From positions 42,749-106,748 of the forward strand of contig NW_015164754.1 of NCBI RefSeq assembly GCF_001447785.1: a stretch of 64,000 bases of DNA. Reading direction: 5' to 3'. Below the pieces are notes generated by a model. It was not told the origin of the DNA, searched no databases, and was given only the letters and a program-made list of their open reading frames with translations. Positions within the stretch are counted from its first letter, which is position 1. Each line of letters begins with the position of its first letter. The position numbers and the translations under genes were made by a program. Of this stretch, positions 12,087 through 25,771 are shown piece after piece. Source of the stretch: Gekko japonicus. Taxonomy: Eukaryota.

Positions 12087-12805
12087 ACAGATAGCTTCTT
12101 CAGAGGGGAAAAATGGATGGGTGGATAGGAGGTATGCCAATTCTCCAGGTGGTGGCTGGAGGTCTCCTGGTATTACGACTGATCTCCAAGCGATAGAGTT
12201 CAGGTCACCTGGAGAAAATGGCTGCTTTGCACGGTGGACTTTATGGCACTATACTCAACTGAAGACCAGGCCCATAGCTTGGAAATTTTTAGTGGGGAGG
12301 GGCCCTGAGGAAGGGGGGGGCAAAAGCTCCACACATGGGCACTGACGTCACAAAAAGTGCACTGACATCACAACAAATAAAAAATCAAATAAAAAAATTG
12401 CTCACACTGCTGCTGCCACCAGCACTGAGATTCACCCCTCCCCCGGTCTCCCTCCCTCCCTCCCTCCCTTTACGGATTCATGGCATGGTAGTCAAAGTGA
12501 TGTCTGAGGTCTTTAAGATCTGGTGTACGCTGAGGAGGTCACCACCATGTGCCCACACCTAGTGGCCTCTGGGTATGGCTAGTGTTCCCCAGGATTCCAA
12601 TCTAAATCCAGTTTGGACCAGATATAGGATCTGGAAGAAAGGCAGTCTTGAACACATGAAGCTGCCTTATTCTAGCTTTCAGGTGGTCAGCTGTGTTGGT
12701 CTGAAGCAGCAGAACAGATTTTGAGTCCAGGGGCACCTTTAAGACCAACAAATCTTTATTCAAGGTATAAGCGTTCATGTACAAGCACACTTCTTCAGAT
12801 ACAGA

Positions 12806-13200
12806 TAGGGTTGCCAAGTCCTACCTGTTGAAGAAGAAGAAGAAGAAGAGATTGGATTTATACCCCGCCCTTCACTACCCAAAGGTGTCTCAGAGCGGCT
12901 GCAGTGGGGGACTCCTGGCTTGCTCCTGGAGTGCGCACGTGCGCGCTGCAACCACATCACCCGGAAGTTACGCGACCACGCTGGGCATGCTGGGGGCGGG
13001 GCCATGACCATCCGAGGGAAAACCATAGAGTTTTCCCTCGGATGACCGTGGCCCCGCCCCAGCGTGCCTGGCATGGTCGCATCACTTCCGGGTGATGTGC
13101 ATGTCGCGTACTTTGGGATGGGGTTCCCCCCGGGGCCCGATCCACCAGTGGCGGGGAACAGACCTCTGGGGCGGGCTTTGTCAGACCCTTGGCAAGCCTA
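12806..13200. mobile_element. Palindromic hAT/Tip100-like MITE with an inserted SINE tail
   Basis: Termini tagggttgccaag and cttggcaagccta; perfect TSD gatacaga; internal hairpin centred near 13026. Confidence 0.75.
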
Positions 13201-14439
13201 GATACAGACATCTGAAGAAGAGTGCTTGCATGTGAAAGCTTATTCCCTGAAGAAAACTTTGTTGGTCTTAAAGGTGCCCCTGGACTCAAACTTTGTTCGT
13301 TTGATTCTAGCCCTGTTCACATGGAACAGTGAATGCAGGTACATCCCACATGTATGCGCTTGCATCTGTTTGTAAGAAAGAATCAACACACATTCCCTTT
13401 ACAAATGAAACCGGGGACCTTGATGTGGGCCAATGTGGGGTTTGAATCACACACTGAGCTAGCTGTACATGCGTTGTTCAATGCAAGTATAAAGAACAAT
13501 CAAGTGTGCACTAGACATGGATTGTACATGTGTTCACTGTTTTTTTATTTATTTATTTATTTAACTTTAGACTTTATATCCCGCTCGAACCCTCTTTCTC
13601 AGGGGGTCTCTGAGCGGCTTACAAGTGGTGCTAGTCACACAATTTTTCCTAACTAGGGCCACAGAGTCTGTAGGGGTGGGACTACCTACCAGCACCCCTG
13701 TGGTGGTTGGTGTGTTTTTGTTCTTGGCTCGGCACTCCGATCGTCTCCGGCGGGCTCCTATTTCGACGTTCCGGCGACAGTTCTTTTTCTTTCTTTCCCG
13801 GGGCACGCGACTCATGCCTTCTTCCGGCCCCAGCAACGTCCTTCCGGCTCCGCTGCGCCAGCGCTCGATGTCATCGCGCACCCGTCTCGACGGCAGTCGC
13901 TTGGATGTTTCTTTCCTGACCACCAGGGATCGCTCCGCCGGTTGTAGTAGCTTGCCGCCGCCGCTGCCGTCTCGCCAGTGTCTCGCCACGCCACCTCCGA
14001 CTTTCTGGAGCCGATGTCTCGCCGCCGCTGACCACCACGTTAGGCAGGGTGCCCCCCACCCTACTAAGGGTGGGTACCCATTTATCTACTTGCAATTAAT
14101 TGCTTTCGAACCGCTGGGTAACTTGTGAACAGGGCTATTGCATCAGACCATCTGTCCATCAAGGTCAGTAGGGTGCGCTCAGACTGGCAGCAGCTCTCCC
14201 GGGTTTCAGGTGGAGGTCTTTCCCTTCACCTACTGGTGGTGGAAAGGGCCATCAAATCACAGCTGCCTTACGGTGACCCCATAGGGTTTGCAAGACAAGA
14301 GATGCTCAGAGGTAGTTTGCCATTGCCTGCCTTTGTGTAGCAACCCTGGACTCCCTTGGTGGTCTCCCATCCAAGTACTAACCAAGGCGAACCCTGCTTA
14401 GCTTCTGAGATCTGACAAGTTTGGGCCAGCATGGGCTAT

Positions 14440-14826
14440 TGTTGGGATTCTTTTAGAGTAAGTCAGCAGAGTAAGTATTAAGAGACTGAGTCCACGGTGT
14501 GTTTAAAATATTAAAGTTTACTATAAACCTAACATGGGAAAAAAGGTACACAGGATATAAAATAACAAAGAGCTAATATGGCTACATCCTTACAGCTAAA
14601 AGGTAAAACGGGAAGAGAATGGCGTCTCCTACTCAGTCAGAACAAAGAGAGGAAGGAGATGCCAATATGCTAAATACCTGACACATTGGTTTCCAGTCAG
14701 ACTAGCAAGTTAGCTCCAAAGTTCCCGGGCATTCTATTGTCTAAACAGATTGGTTACAAACATGTGACTTAACAAACATCATTAACCCTGTAAATACTGA
14801 AGTGTTTTGACTTGTAACACCCAACA
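14440..14826. mobile_element. Probable solo LTR inserted in a SINE
   Basis: TGTTGGG...CCCAACA termini; 5-bp TSD gctat/gcaat; the SINE resumes on both sides. Confidence 0.55.
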
Positions 14827-14992
14827 GCAATCCACGTCAGGGTCATTCCCTACTACCTGATCCTTTTCACTGGAGACACAGGGGACTGAATCTAGGAGCT
14901 TCTTCTACTCTGAGATGTGTCTGATCCAAACTCACCACTGGATTCTGGTGTATTCCGGAATCCAGAGAAGGGGTCACAGTGTGGAGATTCAT

Positions 14993-16278
14993 GCCAACAA
15001 ACAAAAAACCACTGTGATAAAATTAACAATGACACATTTAATGATTCTGCAAGCATCAATTTGCGAAGCTATTAATCTGACAATATAGTTAGAGAATTCT
15101 GACAGAAGCAAAGCAAAGCCCAACATAATCATATCCTCGATGAGCACACTGGTGTTTGCTCTCATTTCACCAATCTTTCTCATGAGTAGTCTTATAAAGT
15201 TGGAAGGCGTCAACCTCTAGGTTCAGCTTAGTTTCTTTTTTTAAAAACAATATAGCTTCTTATTTTCTTCTTTGTCAAAGAAGAATGTCCTACACCTTTA
15301 AGAGAGGTATAACAACATGCAGCTGCTTGGAATCAATCAGATAGTTCCTTTAGAGCTGTTTCCAGCAACGAGAAGTGGGGAGCATTGTCAGTCTATTACA
15401 GGCTTCCCAAGTACTTACCGTGATTCGTCGGGGGACACAAATGTCTTCACTGGATCATTCCTGCGGGGACAACAGACATGCCACACCATGCCGTCGCCAG
15501 GAAGTGACGCTGGGTGACGCTCTGGCAATGGGGCTCGAAACTCGATGGTACCATTGAGTTTTCAGCCCCATTGCCAGAGCGTCGCCCAGCGTCACTTCCT
15601 GGCAGCGGCATGCTGTGTTACAGGGAGGAATGGTCCGGCCGGGGAGCATGTTTTCCCCGTCGGATCGCGGTAAGTACTTGGGAACCCTAGTCTATTATTA
15701 AAAGAAGGCTTTTTGCCAGATACATAAGAAATGCTGAAATGCTACTCCCTAATAGAGAGCTACTAGCCAACAATGTGAAACGGAGAGCAAATGCCAGCCA
15801 ATTTAAAGTAGGCCTGTAGCCACATAAAATGTTTGGACTGGCTGCTACGACTAGAAATTTAGTAATTGGCTTGCTCCTATTCAAGTACTTGCAATGGAAC
15901 TGAAAGTAAGTCTAAAACTATTCTAGTTAAAAATGATAACGAAACTATTCCATTCTGCTTCATGTCTTTTCCCACTCCTTATAACTATGCTTTTTACAGG
16001 ATAATTTGACAAAGAAGAAAATTGTTTTTAAAAAAGAAACTAAGCTGAACCTAGAGGTTGACGCCTTCCAACTTTATAAGACTACTCATGAGGAAGATTG
16101 GTGAAACGAGAGCAAAAACCGGTGTGCTCATCGAGGATATGATTATGTTGGGCTTTGCTTTGCTTCTGTCAGAATTCTCTAACTATATTGTCAGATTAAT
16201 AGCTTCACAAATTGATGCTCACAGAATCATTAAATGTGTCATTGTTAATTTTATCACAGTGGTTTTTTGGTTGTTGGT
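14993..16278. repeat. ~280-bp inverted repeat pair (14993-15279 and 16005-16278) enclosing a palindromic MITE (~15400-15690)
   Basis: The arms are near-identical reverse complements; the near-identical 'ORFs' 14989-15213(-) and 16058-16324(+) reflect this. The inner hairpin is centred on atggtaccat (~15550). Confidence 0.9.
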
Positions 16279-16716
16279 ATTCCAGAATCCAGCAGTAAAC
16301 CCAGCTTTGCCTGCCTCCCTGTAGTTAAAACATGTTCCTTTCCAGGATTTTGAAGTTGATGTCTGAAAAAGAACAGCCTCGCACTTTTGTAAATGCAATC
16401 TTTTATTCACATGTTAGCGCCTTACACTGAATCAGACACTTCACCCATCAAAGTCAGTATTGTCTGCTTAGACGGGCAGCGGCTCTCAAGGGTCTCAGGC
16501 GGAGATCTTTCACATCACCTACTACCAGTGTTCCCGCTAAGCTGAGTTAGTGTGAGCTAGCTCGCAGTTTTTTAGCCTCCGGCTCACACATTTTTGTCTC
16601 GGCTCAGGACAGAGGGCTCCAGAGCAAGCTAATTTATGTAGCAGCCCAATCACTGGCTCACAACTTTAATGCCAGTAGCTCACAAAGTAGAATTTTTCCT
16701 CACAAGACTCTGCAGC

Positions 16717-17673
16717 CTAGAGGGAACATTGCCTACTATCTTTCCCTCCTGAAGTGACCTGTCGCCCTCGCAGTTTGTTCAGAGCATTCAGCATGTCCTC
16801 GTTGCGGAGGGTATAGATGATCGGGTTGAGCAGGGGAGTGACGGCCGTGAAGAAAACAGAAACTATCTTGTCTGCTGCCAGGCTCTTGGCTGGCCTGAGG
16901 TAGATGAAGATGCAGTGGCCCAGGAAGAAGGTCACGACGGTCAGGTGGGCAGCGCAAGTTGACAGAGCCTTCCGCCGTCCCTCAGAGAAGCGGTTCCGCA
17001 AGGAGACGAGGATGACCACGTAGGAGACCACCAGGACCACAAAGCAGACGACCGAGATCAGACCCGAGTTGGAGACGATGAGGATTTCGAAGACATAAGT
17101 GTCGGCGCAGGCCAGTTTGATGACCAAGGGCACATCGCAGAAGAAATTGTCGATGGCGTTGGGCCCGCAGTAAGGCAGGTTGAGCGTCAGAGCAGTCAGG
17201 GCGAGGGAATGGATCAACCCGCCCAACCACATGGCCACGGCCAACTGGAGGCAGACCTGGCGGCTCATGATGGTGGTGTAATGGAGGGGGTTGCATATGG
17301 CGGCGTAGCGGTCGTAAGCCATGATGGTGAGGAGGAAGATCTCCGTGCAGGCAAAGAGGTGGAGGAAGAACATCTGGGCTATGCATTCTCCAAAAGAGAT
17401 GGTCTTGGTCTCCGTCAGGAAGTCAGCGAGCATCTTGGGCATGACCACCGAGGAATGGCAGACGTCAATGAAGGAGAGGTTGCTGAGGAAGAAGTACATC
17501 GGGGTGTGGAGGTGATGGTCGTGGACGATCGTGACGACAATGAGGACGTTGCCGATGAGGATGGAGGTGTAGATGACGACGAAGAAAGCGAAGAGCGCCA
17601 GCTCGACGTTGTGGCTCGTGGTCAGGCCCGAGAGGATGAATGCTTTCACGGTGGTGACATTTCCAAGGATCAT
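16717..17673 (-). CDS. Class II olfactory receptor, OR4E1-like paralog
   Basis: 318 aa from MILGNVT (acceptor ...ttctttccag just upstream). All OR motifs intact; HLFACTEIF, SNSGLISVVCF and FLGHCIFIY are typical of OR4E1/MOR28. Confidence 0.88.
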   Translation of the reverse strand: MILGNVTTVKAFILSGLTTSHNVELALFAFFVVIYTSILIGNVLIVVTIVHDHHLHTPMYFFLSNLSFIDVCHSSVVMPKMLADFLTETKTISFGECIAQMFFLHLFACTEIFLLTIMAYDRYAAICNPLHYTTIMSRQVCLQLAVAMWLGGLIHSLALTALTLNLPYCGPNAIDNFFCDVPLVIKLACADTYVFEILIVSNSGLISVVCFVVLVVSYVVILVSLRNRFSEGRRKALSTCAAHLTVVTFFLGHCIFIYLRPAKSLAADKIVSVFFTAVTPLLNPIIYTLRNEDMLNALNKLRGRQVTSGGKDSRQCSL

Positions 17674-20662
17674 GACGGCCCACGGCTGCAGCTGGAAAGA
17701 ATAAAAGGACAAGGAAGTTGCCATGATGTCCTCTTCAGTCCCAGATCCCAACCATTCAGTTTTGACAACCCAAGGGAAGCATGGATGCTTTCAGCCGGAC
17801 TCTTTCCTCACCTGGTTCTTCTTGTCCCTCATGCCCTCTCCCCAAGCTCTTCTGCTGAGCTGAACTGACTTCCAATGTCAGAGATCAACTGGGGGGAGGG
17901 GGAGACTGATTCAGGAGGTGAACCATGGCCCGTTCCGCATGCTGACCTTACTCCCGATTTTCTGTGTGGCCGATCTCCAAGCTTTGGAAGCGGCTTTGCG
18001 TCGAACGTTCCGCACCTCGTCCTTTTCGCTGTAGCGTTTTTGTTGGGTATTACAAGTTGAAAACACTCAGTATATCTGGGGTTAAATGTTTGTTTATGTT
18101 ACTCACAGGAAGTCACATGTTTCTCATGTAACCAATGTTCTTTAGCTGTAGAATACCCGGGAATGTTCTCCCTGATCTAGGAATTTGATTGGGACTAAAG
18201 TGTCAAGGTGTATTAGCATTTTATGGCTTCTCTTCCCGTCTTTGTTTTGGTGTTCTGAAGAACAAGAAGAGTAGCCATAATCTCTCTCTTCTAGTTTTGT
18301 CTTTGTAGAGTAAGGATGTAGGAGGTTTTGCTCTGTTGTTATTTTCATCCCGGTTACCCTTCCCATGCTACAATTTAGTAAAAACTTTATATTTTAATCA
18401 CACATGGACTCTGAGTCTGAATTATTTTACGCTGGCACTGCTGGACCAGCTTATCTCTGCTAAATACCATTTTCTCAATATCTCACTATCACCCAACAGT
18501 TTTAAACTGGTTCCTGATTTACATTTGATGTTTTCTTTTCTGCAGTGGATCAAATATTCAGGATTAAAGCAGAAGGCAGCCGACATCAGCGGTGTTGTCA
18601 CTGCTGATGCCCGATCGCCTGCCCTCTGCTTTTTAGAATTGCAGTAGCGCTAAACTATCGGGGAAGGGCTCAGCACCCCTTTTATTATCCGACCGCATAA
18701 GATCGGGGCAGTGCTATGACTAAAGAAGAAGAAAAAGAAGAGACTGGATTTATACGCCGCCCTGCACTACCCGAAGTAGTCTCAGAGCAGCCGGCAATCT
18801 CCTTTCCCTTCCCCTCCCCACAACAGACACCCTGTGAGGTAGGTGGGGCCGAGAGAGCTCTGAGAGAAACGGCTCCTAAGAGAACAGCTCCAAAAGAAGT
18901 TGTGACTGACCCAAGGTCACACCAGCAGCTGCATGTGGAGGAGTGGGGAATCGAAGCCAGCTATCCCAGATTAGAATCCACGCTCCTAACCACGACACCA
19001 AACTGGCTCTCGGGTGGAAATGCCAGAATCGGGGCTTCATCTTTATACCTGACAGCCAGTGTGGAATAACAAATAACAGATTAAGATCTGAAACTCAGGG
19101 TTTTTTGGTCTTTCTTTCCCAAGATCTTTACCCCCCCCCCCATGCGGTATCTTACCATCCCACGTAACTGTAGAGCTTTTTTGTTTGCAAGACTGAATAT
19201 TATACCTGCAATGGTTTTACAGGGGAGATTTTTGAATAGGCCCTATTCTGACAGAAGTCAACCTCCAAACTCTTAACTAAGAAGCCAAATAGAAGAGCTG
19301 ACATAAAAAAAGGTTTCTTCACTCTTAAGCTGAGGTTGGCTCACCCCCTCTCATCCAGTGGAGTTTGATGGGCTCTGATTGGTTGACAATCAGTTGGACA
19401 TGCATGAGGCCTGAATCACAATGATTAGTTCAGAGTTATGGAGGAGAGGTGGAACTTTTAAGAAGAAGCTTTCCTGGGCAAGTGGTCCCACCCACTTTCC
19501 AAAAAGACTTGGTGAGCACCAAGAAAGGTGTTGGCAGGCACCATGGTTCCCACAGTCGCTACATTGGGGGACCTGGCATAGAGAATCAGGAAGCAGCTCC
19601 TTTTCAGGCTTGAATGGCCGGGGGTAAGGCTGAAGAAGTATAAAAGCTTGGTGGGAGAACCCCTGGTGGTTCTTTCCTAACAAACAACTATGGGCAAACT
19701 CAGCTTTTGTTGGGTGACTAACAGTTGACGTTTGTGTTGGGCTGCAACTTGGTTTTTATAGATTCTGGCTGATCCATTAAAGTGTACATGATCTCCTTTT
19801 TTTAGAACTCCTCGACCTGTTATTGTAGAACCTATGGAACAATTTGATGATGAAGATGGGCTGCCTGAAAAATTAATGCAAAAAACTCAACAGTATCATA
19901 AGTAAGTTTACACATTTTCATCCGAGAGAAAAGCACTTGCAGGGCGATAAACTGCTGGTGGGAAGAAGGTGCTCACCTGTGCACTTTTGTGTGTGTGTGT
20001 TTTTTTAATTTAATCACTCCATCTCTTCTTGATGATTACGGCAGTTCTTTGTTTAAACATGTGACTACTGATGTTGTGTCTAGTTTGACCTTGTTGGTTA
20101 GAGAGAATGAAATAAATTATTGTATTAATAATACATGAGGAAGGCTTGAAGAAAGAATTCCTCTTTGTATGTCAAAGATTAGCCCTGACCTGGGTAGCCC
20201 AGGCTAGCTTGACCTCATCAAATCTTGAAAGCTAAGTAGGGCTAGCCTTTATTAGCATTTATATGGGAGACCACCAAGGAAGGCCAGAGTTGCAACACAG
20301 AGGCAGGCAAAGGCAAGCCACCTCTGAATGTCCCTTGCCTTGAAAACCCTATGGGGTCGACATAAGTCGTCTGCAACTCGATGGCAATATATATCATTGT
20401 GCTGGTCAATGACCACAATAAACCATTCATTCATTCATTCATTCATTCATTCATTCATTCATTCAGATTAAACCCCTATCTCTTTCATTTGGTGCCATTT
20501 TCTGAATCCTCACACTCATCCTCCCACTTCCAAAACAAGCATTTCCCCAACATTATCTCTCCATCAATAAGCCAGCATTATACACTATACATCCATTAAA
20601 TGTTCAAAAGGAGTTGCCTGTATAAGTACCATATACAATGCGCTTAAAATCTCTATGTAACA

Positions 20663-21318
20663 TGCGTGCAGAATAGGGTGCAGTTCTGGTCACCACACCT
20701 TAAAAAGGATATTATAGCTTTGGAAAAAGTGCAGAAAAGGGCAACTCGGATGATAAAAAGGTTGGGACACTTTCCCTATGAGGAAAGGTTAAAGCGCTTG
20801 GGGCTCTTTAGCTTGGAGAAACGACGACTGAGGGGTGACATGACTGAGGTTTATAAGATTATGCATGGGATAGAGCAGGTTGAGAAAGAGGTACTTTTCT
20901 CCCTTTCTCACAATACAAGAACTCGTGGGCGCTCAATGAAAGCAGTCGGGTTAGAAGGGATAAAAGGAAGTCCTTCTTCACCCAAAGAGTGATTAACACA
21001 TGGAATTCACTGCCACAGGAAGTGGTGTCGGCTACAAGCATGGACGGCTTCAAAAGGGAATTAGATAAGCATATGGAGCAGAGGTCCATCAGTGGCTATT
21101 AGCCACAAGGTATAGATAGGGACTCTGGGGCAAGTGATGCTCTGTCTTCTTGGTGCTTGGGGGGGGGTCAACAGTGGGAGGGCTTCTAATGTCCTGGCCC
21201 CACTGGTGGACCTCCTGATGGCACTGGTATTTCTGGCCACTGTGTGATACAGAGTGTTGGACTGGATGGGCCTTTGGCCTGATCCAACACTGGCTTCTCT
21301 TATGTTCTTATGTTCTTA
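20663..21318 (+). mobile_element. 5'-truncated CR1 LINE
   Basis: VQFWSPHLKKDI..LEKVQKRATRMI..LFSLEKRRLRGD, ending in (ttcttatg)n. Confidence 0.9.
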
Positions 21319-22479
21319 ACAAGCCTACAAAATCAGCAGCGGCAACAATAGCAAACAAAAACGGAACCACTTACGAACTTGTACATGAATCTTGAGCTTT
21401 CACCTAAACTCATATGGCTTTCAGATCTTAAAGCTGTCTGGTCTCCATCTAGTACAAATGCATTCCAAATTTCATCGAAAGAGCTCAGGATAGCATACGT
21501 GGGCTTCCATTTATCATTTTAGCCTCACAACAGCCCTGCAAGGTAGATTAGACTGAGAGAGCATGATGAGCCCAAGGACTGATACACATGGCAATCTTAA
21601 ACAAAGCTACACTCTTCGAAGCCGCCTGAGCCTCAATGGATTTAGAGAGCTGTAACTCTGTTTAGGATTGTACCATGCGTGAGCTTCATGGCCAAGTGAA
21701 GATTTGAACTCTGAGCCTGACATGCTACTGTGCCACTGTGATTCACACCATTGCAATGCTACTGTTAGTTCTCATGACAGTGACGTCTGGGACCTATATC
21801 CATTTTATGCAATCTTGATGTTGAAGAAGCTCAGCCTCGTATAGGAAAAGAAAAACAAGTAATATAATACATTCATTCCAAAAGAAACTGTCCTATAAGG
21901 AGAACCATCCTGTGCAAGCCCCAGGTCATGAGATAAAATGTATTCATTTCATTCATTGCAGTTCATTCATTCAAGAAGACCCAAATCTCCCTTCCCCAGC
22001 AGAATGGATAAACTTACTTTTTTTTGTGGCTGGTGATCTGCCGGACAGGGTGATTTCTGGATACTACACCTGCTGCTCAGTTTCAAAACTAAAAATGCGC
22101 TGGCTCAAAACGCACAGATTTCTACTTAAGGGAATGAGAAAGTTCTGTGCTTTAATGTGCTTTTCCCCAGCATCTGCATATGACAATTATAACTTCAGAT
22201 GCCCTAACCGAAGTTGCTGATTCCTCTGGTGGGAAAAAGTTTAAGTTATGTTTTAGATGTCTAGCTCTGAATTCCCTCTTAATGCAAGGTTAGATGCTTC
22301 CACATTTTGCATTCTTTGTGAAAAATTGCAATAAAAAAAAGGTCTCCAACTCGAGGCTTTCTTTGTATCTTGGCTTCCGAAAAGAAAAGGAGTCCTGCGA
22401 ACTGGTTCAAAAACAAAGATGTACAAAGGGAAATCTAACCTAAACTAAAGCAGTTACATTTCGCAGGGTTCCTTCTGGC

Positions 22480-22680
22480 TGCAAGCCCAAGAGTTGCCCA
22501 TGTCCCTCTCTCTATATCCTTCATCTCCAGTAATAATTCATCATTCACGGCACTGCTTGGGACGCAGAAGGAAAGCCTGACGCCATCAATTAACCCACAA
22601 GGGAAGTCGCTCAGGGGCCTCAAAAGTTTTGGAAACTCTGAAATTAGGACTGGAGTTAAGAAGCTCTTTCAGTTCTTTGA
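22480..22680 (-). promoter_or_regulatory. Candidate promoter of the OR at 16717-17673
   Basis: CAATTA-AC-CCACAAGGGA (homeodomain plus O/E-like, 22587-22604) in non-repeat DNA. Minus-strand donors lie downstream at ~22017 (gtaagt) and ~19977 (gtgagc). Confidence 0.45.
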
Positions 22681-25600
22681 GTTCCTGCGCTCCAACTGCT
22701 GCTTTGGGAAAAGAAAAGCATGCAAATGTCCATCACACAACCACCAGTATCAATGCTCCCTCTAAGCTGTGGAGTCTTGTGAGCAAAAATCCTGCTTTGT
22801 GAGCTCCTGGCATTAAAGTTGTGAGCAAGCGATTTGGCTACTGCATAAATTAGTTTGGTCTGGAGCCATCCCTTCCTGAGTTAAGACAAAAATGTATGAG
22901 CCGGAGGCTAAAAAACTGTGTGCTAGCTCACGTTAACTCAGCTTAGAGGGAACACTGACCAGCACCAGTCATGTCCAGTATTTAGGGTTGCCTGCTCCAA
23001 GTTGGGAAATCCCTGGAGTGTTGGGGGCGGAGCCTGAGAGAAGGCGGAGTTTGGGGAGGGACCTCAGAAGGATATCATGCCATAGGCTCCACCCTCCAAA
23101 GCAGTCATTTTCTCCAGCGGAACTGATCTCTGTAGTCTGGAGATGAGCTGGAATTCCGGGAGACCCCCAGGTCCCACCTGGATGTTGGCAACACTACCTT
23201 CAGTAGCCATGGGCCTAGGTCTCATTGAGATGTAACTATACAACTGTGCAGCATCATTTCAGGCTGCCGGTCAAGGTTCCTAGTGCGAAACGCATCTCAA
23301 TGCAATTTACAATCTGATGAGCAATACTAACGCCATTTTGATTTTTAAAGCTGCTGCAGCTAACATTAGCCTGGCTGACATGTAAGAAGACTAGGAGACA
23401 TGTGGGAATAGAATGGACCTGTAGATGGAAACATACTGGGAAAACTGAAGCCATTGTTCTGTAGTAGCTATCCTGAAAGCCACAGTAGACCACAGTAAGT
23501 CTGCTAGCAAAGCACAGGGGTAGCTAAGAGAACAAGGGGAGTTTGTGAAAAGTGTAAAACAAGGGTGAGAACCCATCTACATGATGCTCTCCTCATTATG
23601 GTGTCAAAGTTGTAAGGCACACTCTTGAAAGGAATTGTTTATTGCCTACTATAAAAACTATAATGATTTGGATGGAACCGCTTAGCTGTTCTTGCTCGAG
23701 TTCCCTTTATTCTGAATAAAGTTTGTTCCTGCTGTTTTAAACTAAACTTCACCTGTGTGCTTTATTGGACCGGGGTGCACAAGAACCATATTTGGATTAC
23801 AATCTGTGCATGGAAAAAAACAACTCATGTGCTGGGGGCAAGAGCTCTAGCCCACCTTTGTCTCTGCCACTCTTCTAGGCACAGGCTTTTGCGTGGGGAA
23901 GCATTTAGTCCTGCCAGCCTGTTTCTGCAGCCTGAAGTGATACAGATACTTTTGCCAACTCAGCTGGGACATGCTTGGCGATTGAGGGTGGAGCCTGCGG
24001 GAGGGCAGGGTTTGGGGAGGGACCTCAGCAGGGTACAAGGTCACCATGGAGTCCCCTCTCCAAAGCAGCCATTTTTGCTTCATTTTAAGATTTGTTTTTT
24101 GGAGCTGTGGTGGCTCAAGTGGTTAAGACGCTGAACTGCAGGCTGTGGAAGGTCAGTAGTTCGGCAGTTCGAGACCCGAGTGCGCCGCATGACGGAGTGA
24201 GCTCTCGTCTCTAGTTCCAGCTCCTGCCAACCTAGCAGTTCGAAAGCAAGAAATTGCAAGTAGATAAATAGGTACCACTTCGGTGGGAAGGGAACGGCGT
24301 TCCGTGCACCTTGGTGTTTAGTCATGCATGACCACGGAAAAGACAGCGCTGGCTCTTCGGCACTGCAGGCTCTCCTCTCCCATCCCAGATGCCAAACCCA
24401 GGAGATACAAAGTGCTACATGCACGATCAATCACGAGGGACAGTCATGTATACATGTATAAATTGGTTTTATGCAGATTTATTTGTTTTCATTTTGTTAG
24501 ATACATTGATTTTCACCAGCCCCATCAGCAAATCTTCAGAGCTTGGTAAGGGCCACACAGTGAAGGTGGAGAGTCACTCAGAGGGGACTGGATCCCTCGA
24601 CCAAACATTCCCTACAATCTCACACCTGCCAATCAGAGGTGTGGCACGGTTGACTTTGACAGCGCCAGGCTCCTGGTGGGGGAGATGACAGAGAAGGGCT
24701 GGAGCTTATTGTCAGCTTCTCTACCCACCCCAATAGGGGAGTGGCATCCCACGATGACTGTACCACCTACCTTTGGGCAGATGTGCTAGTCTTGATTCAG
24801 CCTGGGATACCACAGAGAAGAGAAGAGGAAGAGAAGAAGAAGAGATTGGATTTATACCCCACCCTTCACTCGGAGTCTCAGAGCGGCTTACACACTCCTT
24901 TCCCTTCCCCTCCCCACAACAGACGCCCTGTGAGGTAGGCGGGGCTGAGAGAGCTCTAACAGAAACTGCTCTTGAGAGAACAGCTCTTGACAGAACTAGG
25001 GCTTGCCCAAAGTCATCCAGCAGCTGCGAGTGGAGGAGTGGGGAATCAAACCCGGTTCTCCCAGATTAGAGTCCATGCACCAAACTGGCCAACTCAAGCA
25101 TTGGTTTCAGAAGATTTTGCTCCACTCGGCTTATTTTGCGCATGCAGAATTAGACCAAGAGGAGCAAGAAACGTACTGTTCAGAAAACAGAAGCTTCATA
25201 ACAGATTCTACTCTAGGTAGGACCAATGCTCCCTCTAAGCTGTGGAGTCCTGTGAGCCAAAATTCTATTTTGTGAGCTACCGGCTTTAAAGTTGTGAGCA
25301 GGTGATTTGGCTACTGCACAAATTGGTTTGCTCTGGCGCCATCCCTTCCTGAGCAAAGACAAAAATGTGTGAGCCGGAGGCTAAAAAACTGTCAGCCAGC
25401 TCACACGAACTCAGCTTAGAGGGAACGCTGGGTAGGACTGCCATCTCTCGGCTGGGAGATTCTTGGCGATTTGGGGGCAGTGCCCGGGGAGGCCACGGTT
25501 TGGGGCGGGACCTCAGCAGGCATGTGATCCCATAGAGTCGATCTTCCAAAGCTGCCATTTCCTCCAAGGGAACTGATCTCTGTCAACTGGGAGACCAGCA

Positions 25601-25771
25601 ATGCTCCCTCTAAGCTGTGGAGTCTTGTGAGCAAAAATTCTACTGCTTCATTTAGTTTGCTCTGGAGCCATACTTCTTGAGCTAAGACAAAAATGTGTGA
25701 GCTGGAGGCTAAAGAATTGTGAGCTAGCTCACACTAACTCAGCTTGGAGGGAACACTGGAGACCAGTTGTA

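Noticed and set aside
14975-15016. CACAGTG ... ACAAAAAACC CACTGTG resembling an RSS (also CACAGTG at 16255)
   Set aside because: The spacer to the nonamer-like run is 19-20 nt, the 12-spacer nonamer is only 6/9, and there is no adjacent V, D or J coding segment. At most a weak cryptic RSS.
14989-16324. Twin ORFs MTPSNFIRLLMRKIGE...
   Set aside because: They are a by-product of the inverted repeat, have non-ATG starts and no recognisable domain.
17674-17751. N-terminal extensions of the OR ORFs (17674-17751 and 54138-54290)
   Set aside because: They run through polypyrimidine tract/splice acceptor sequence. The downstream ATGs give canonical OR length and an N-glycosylation site.
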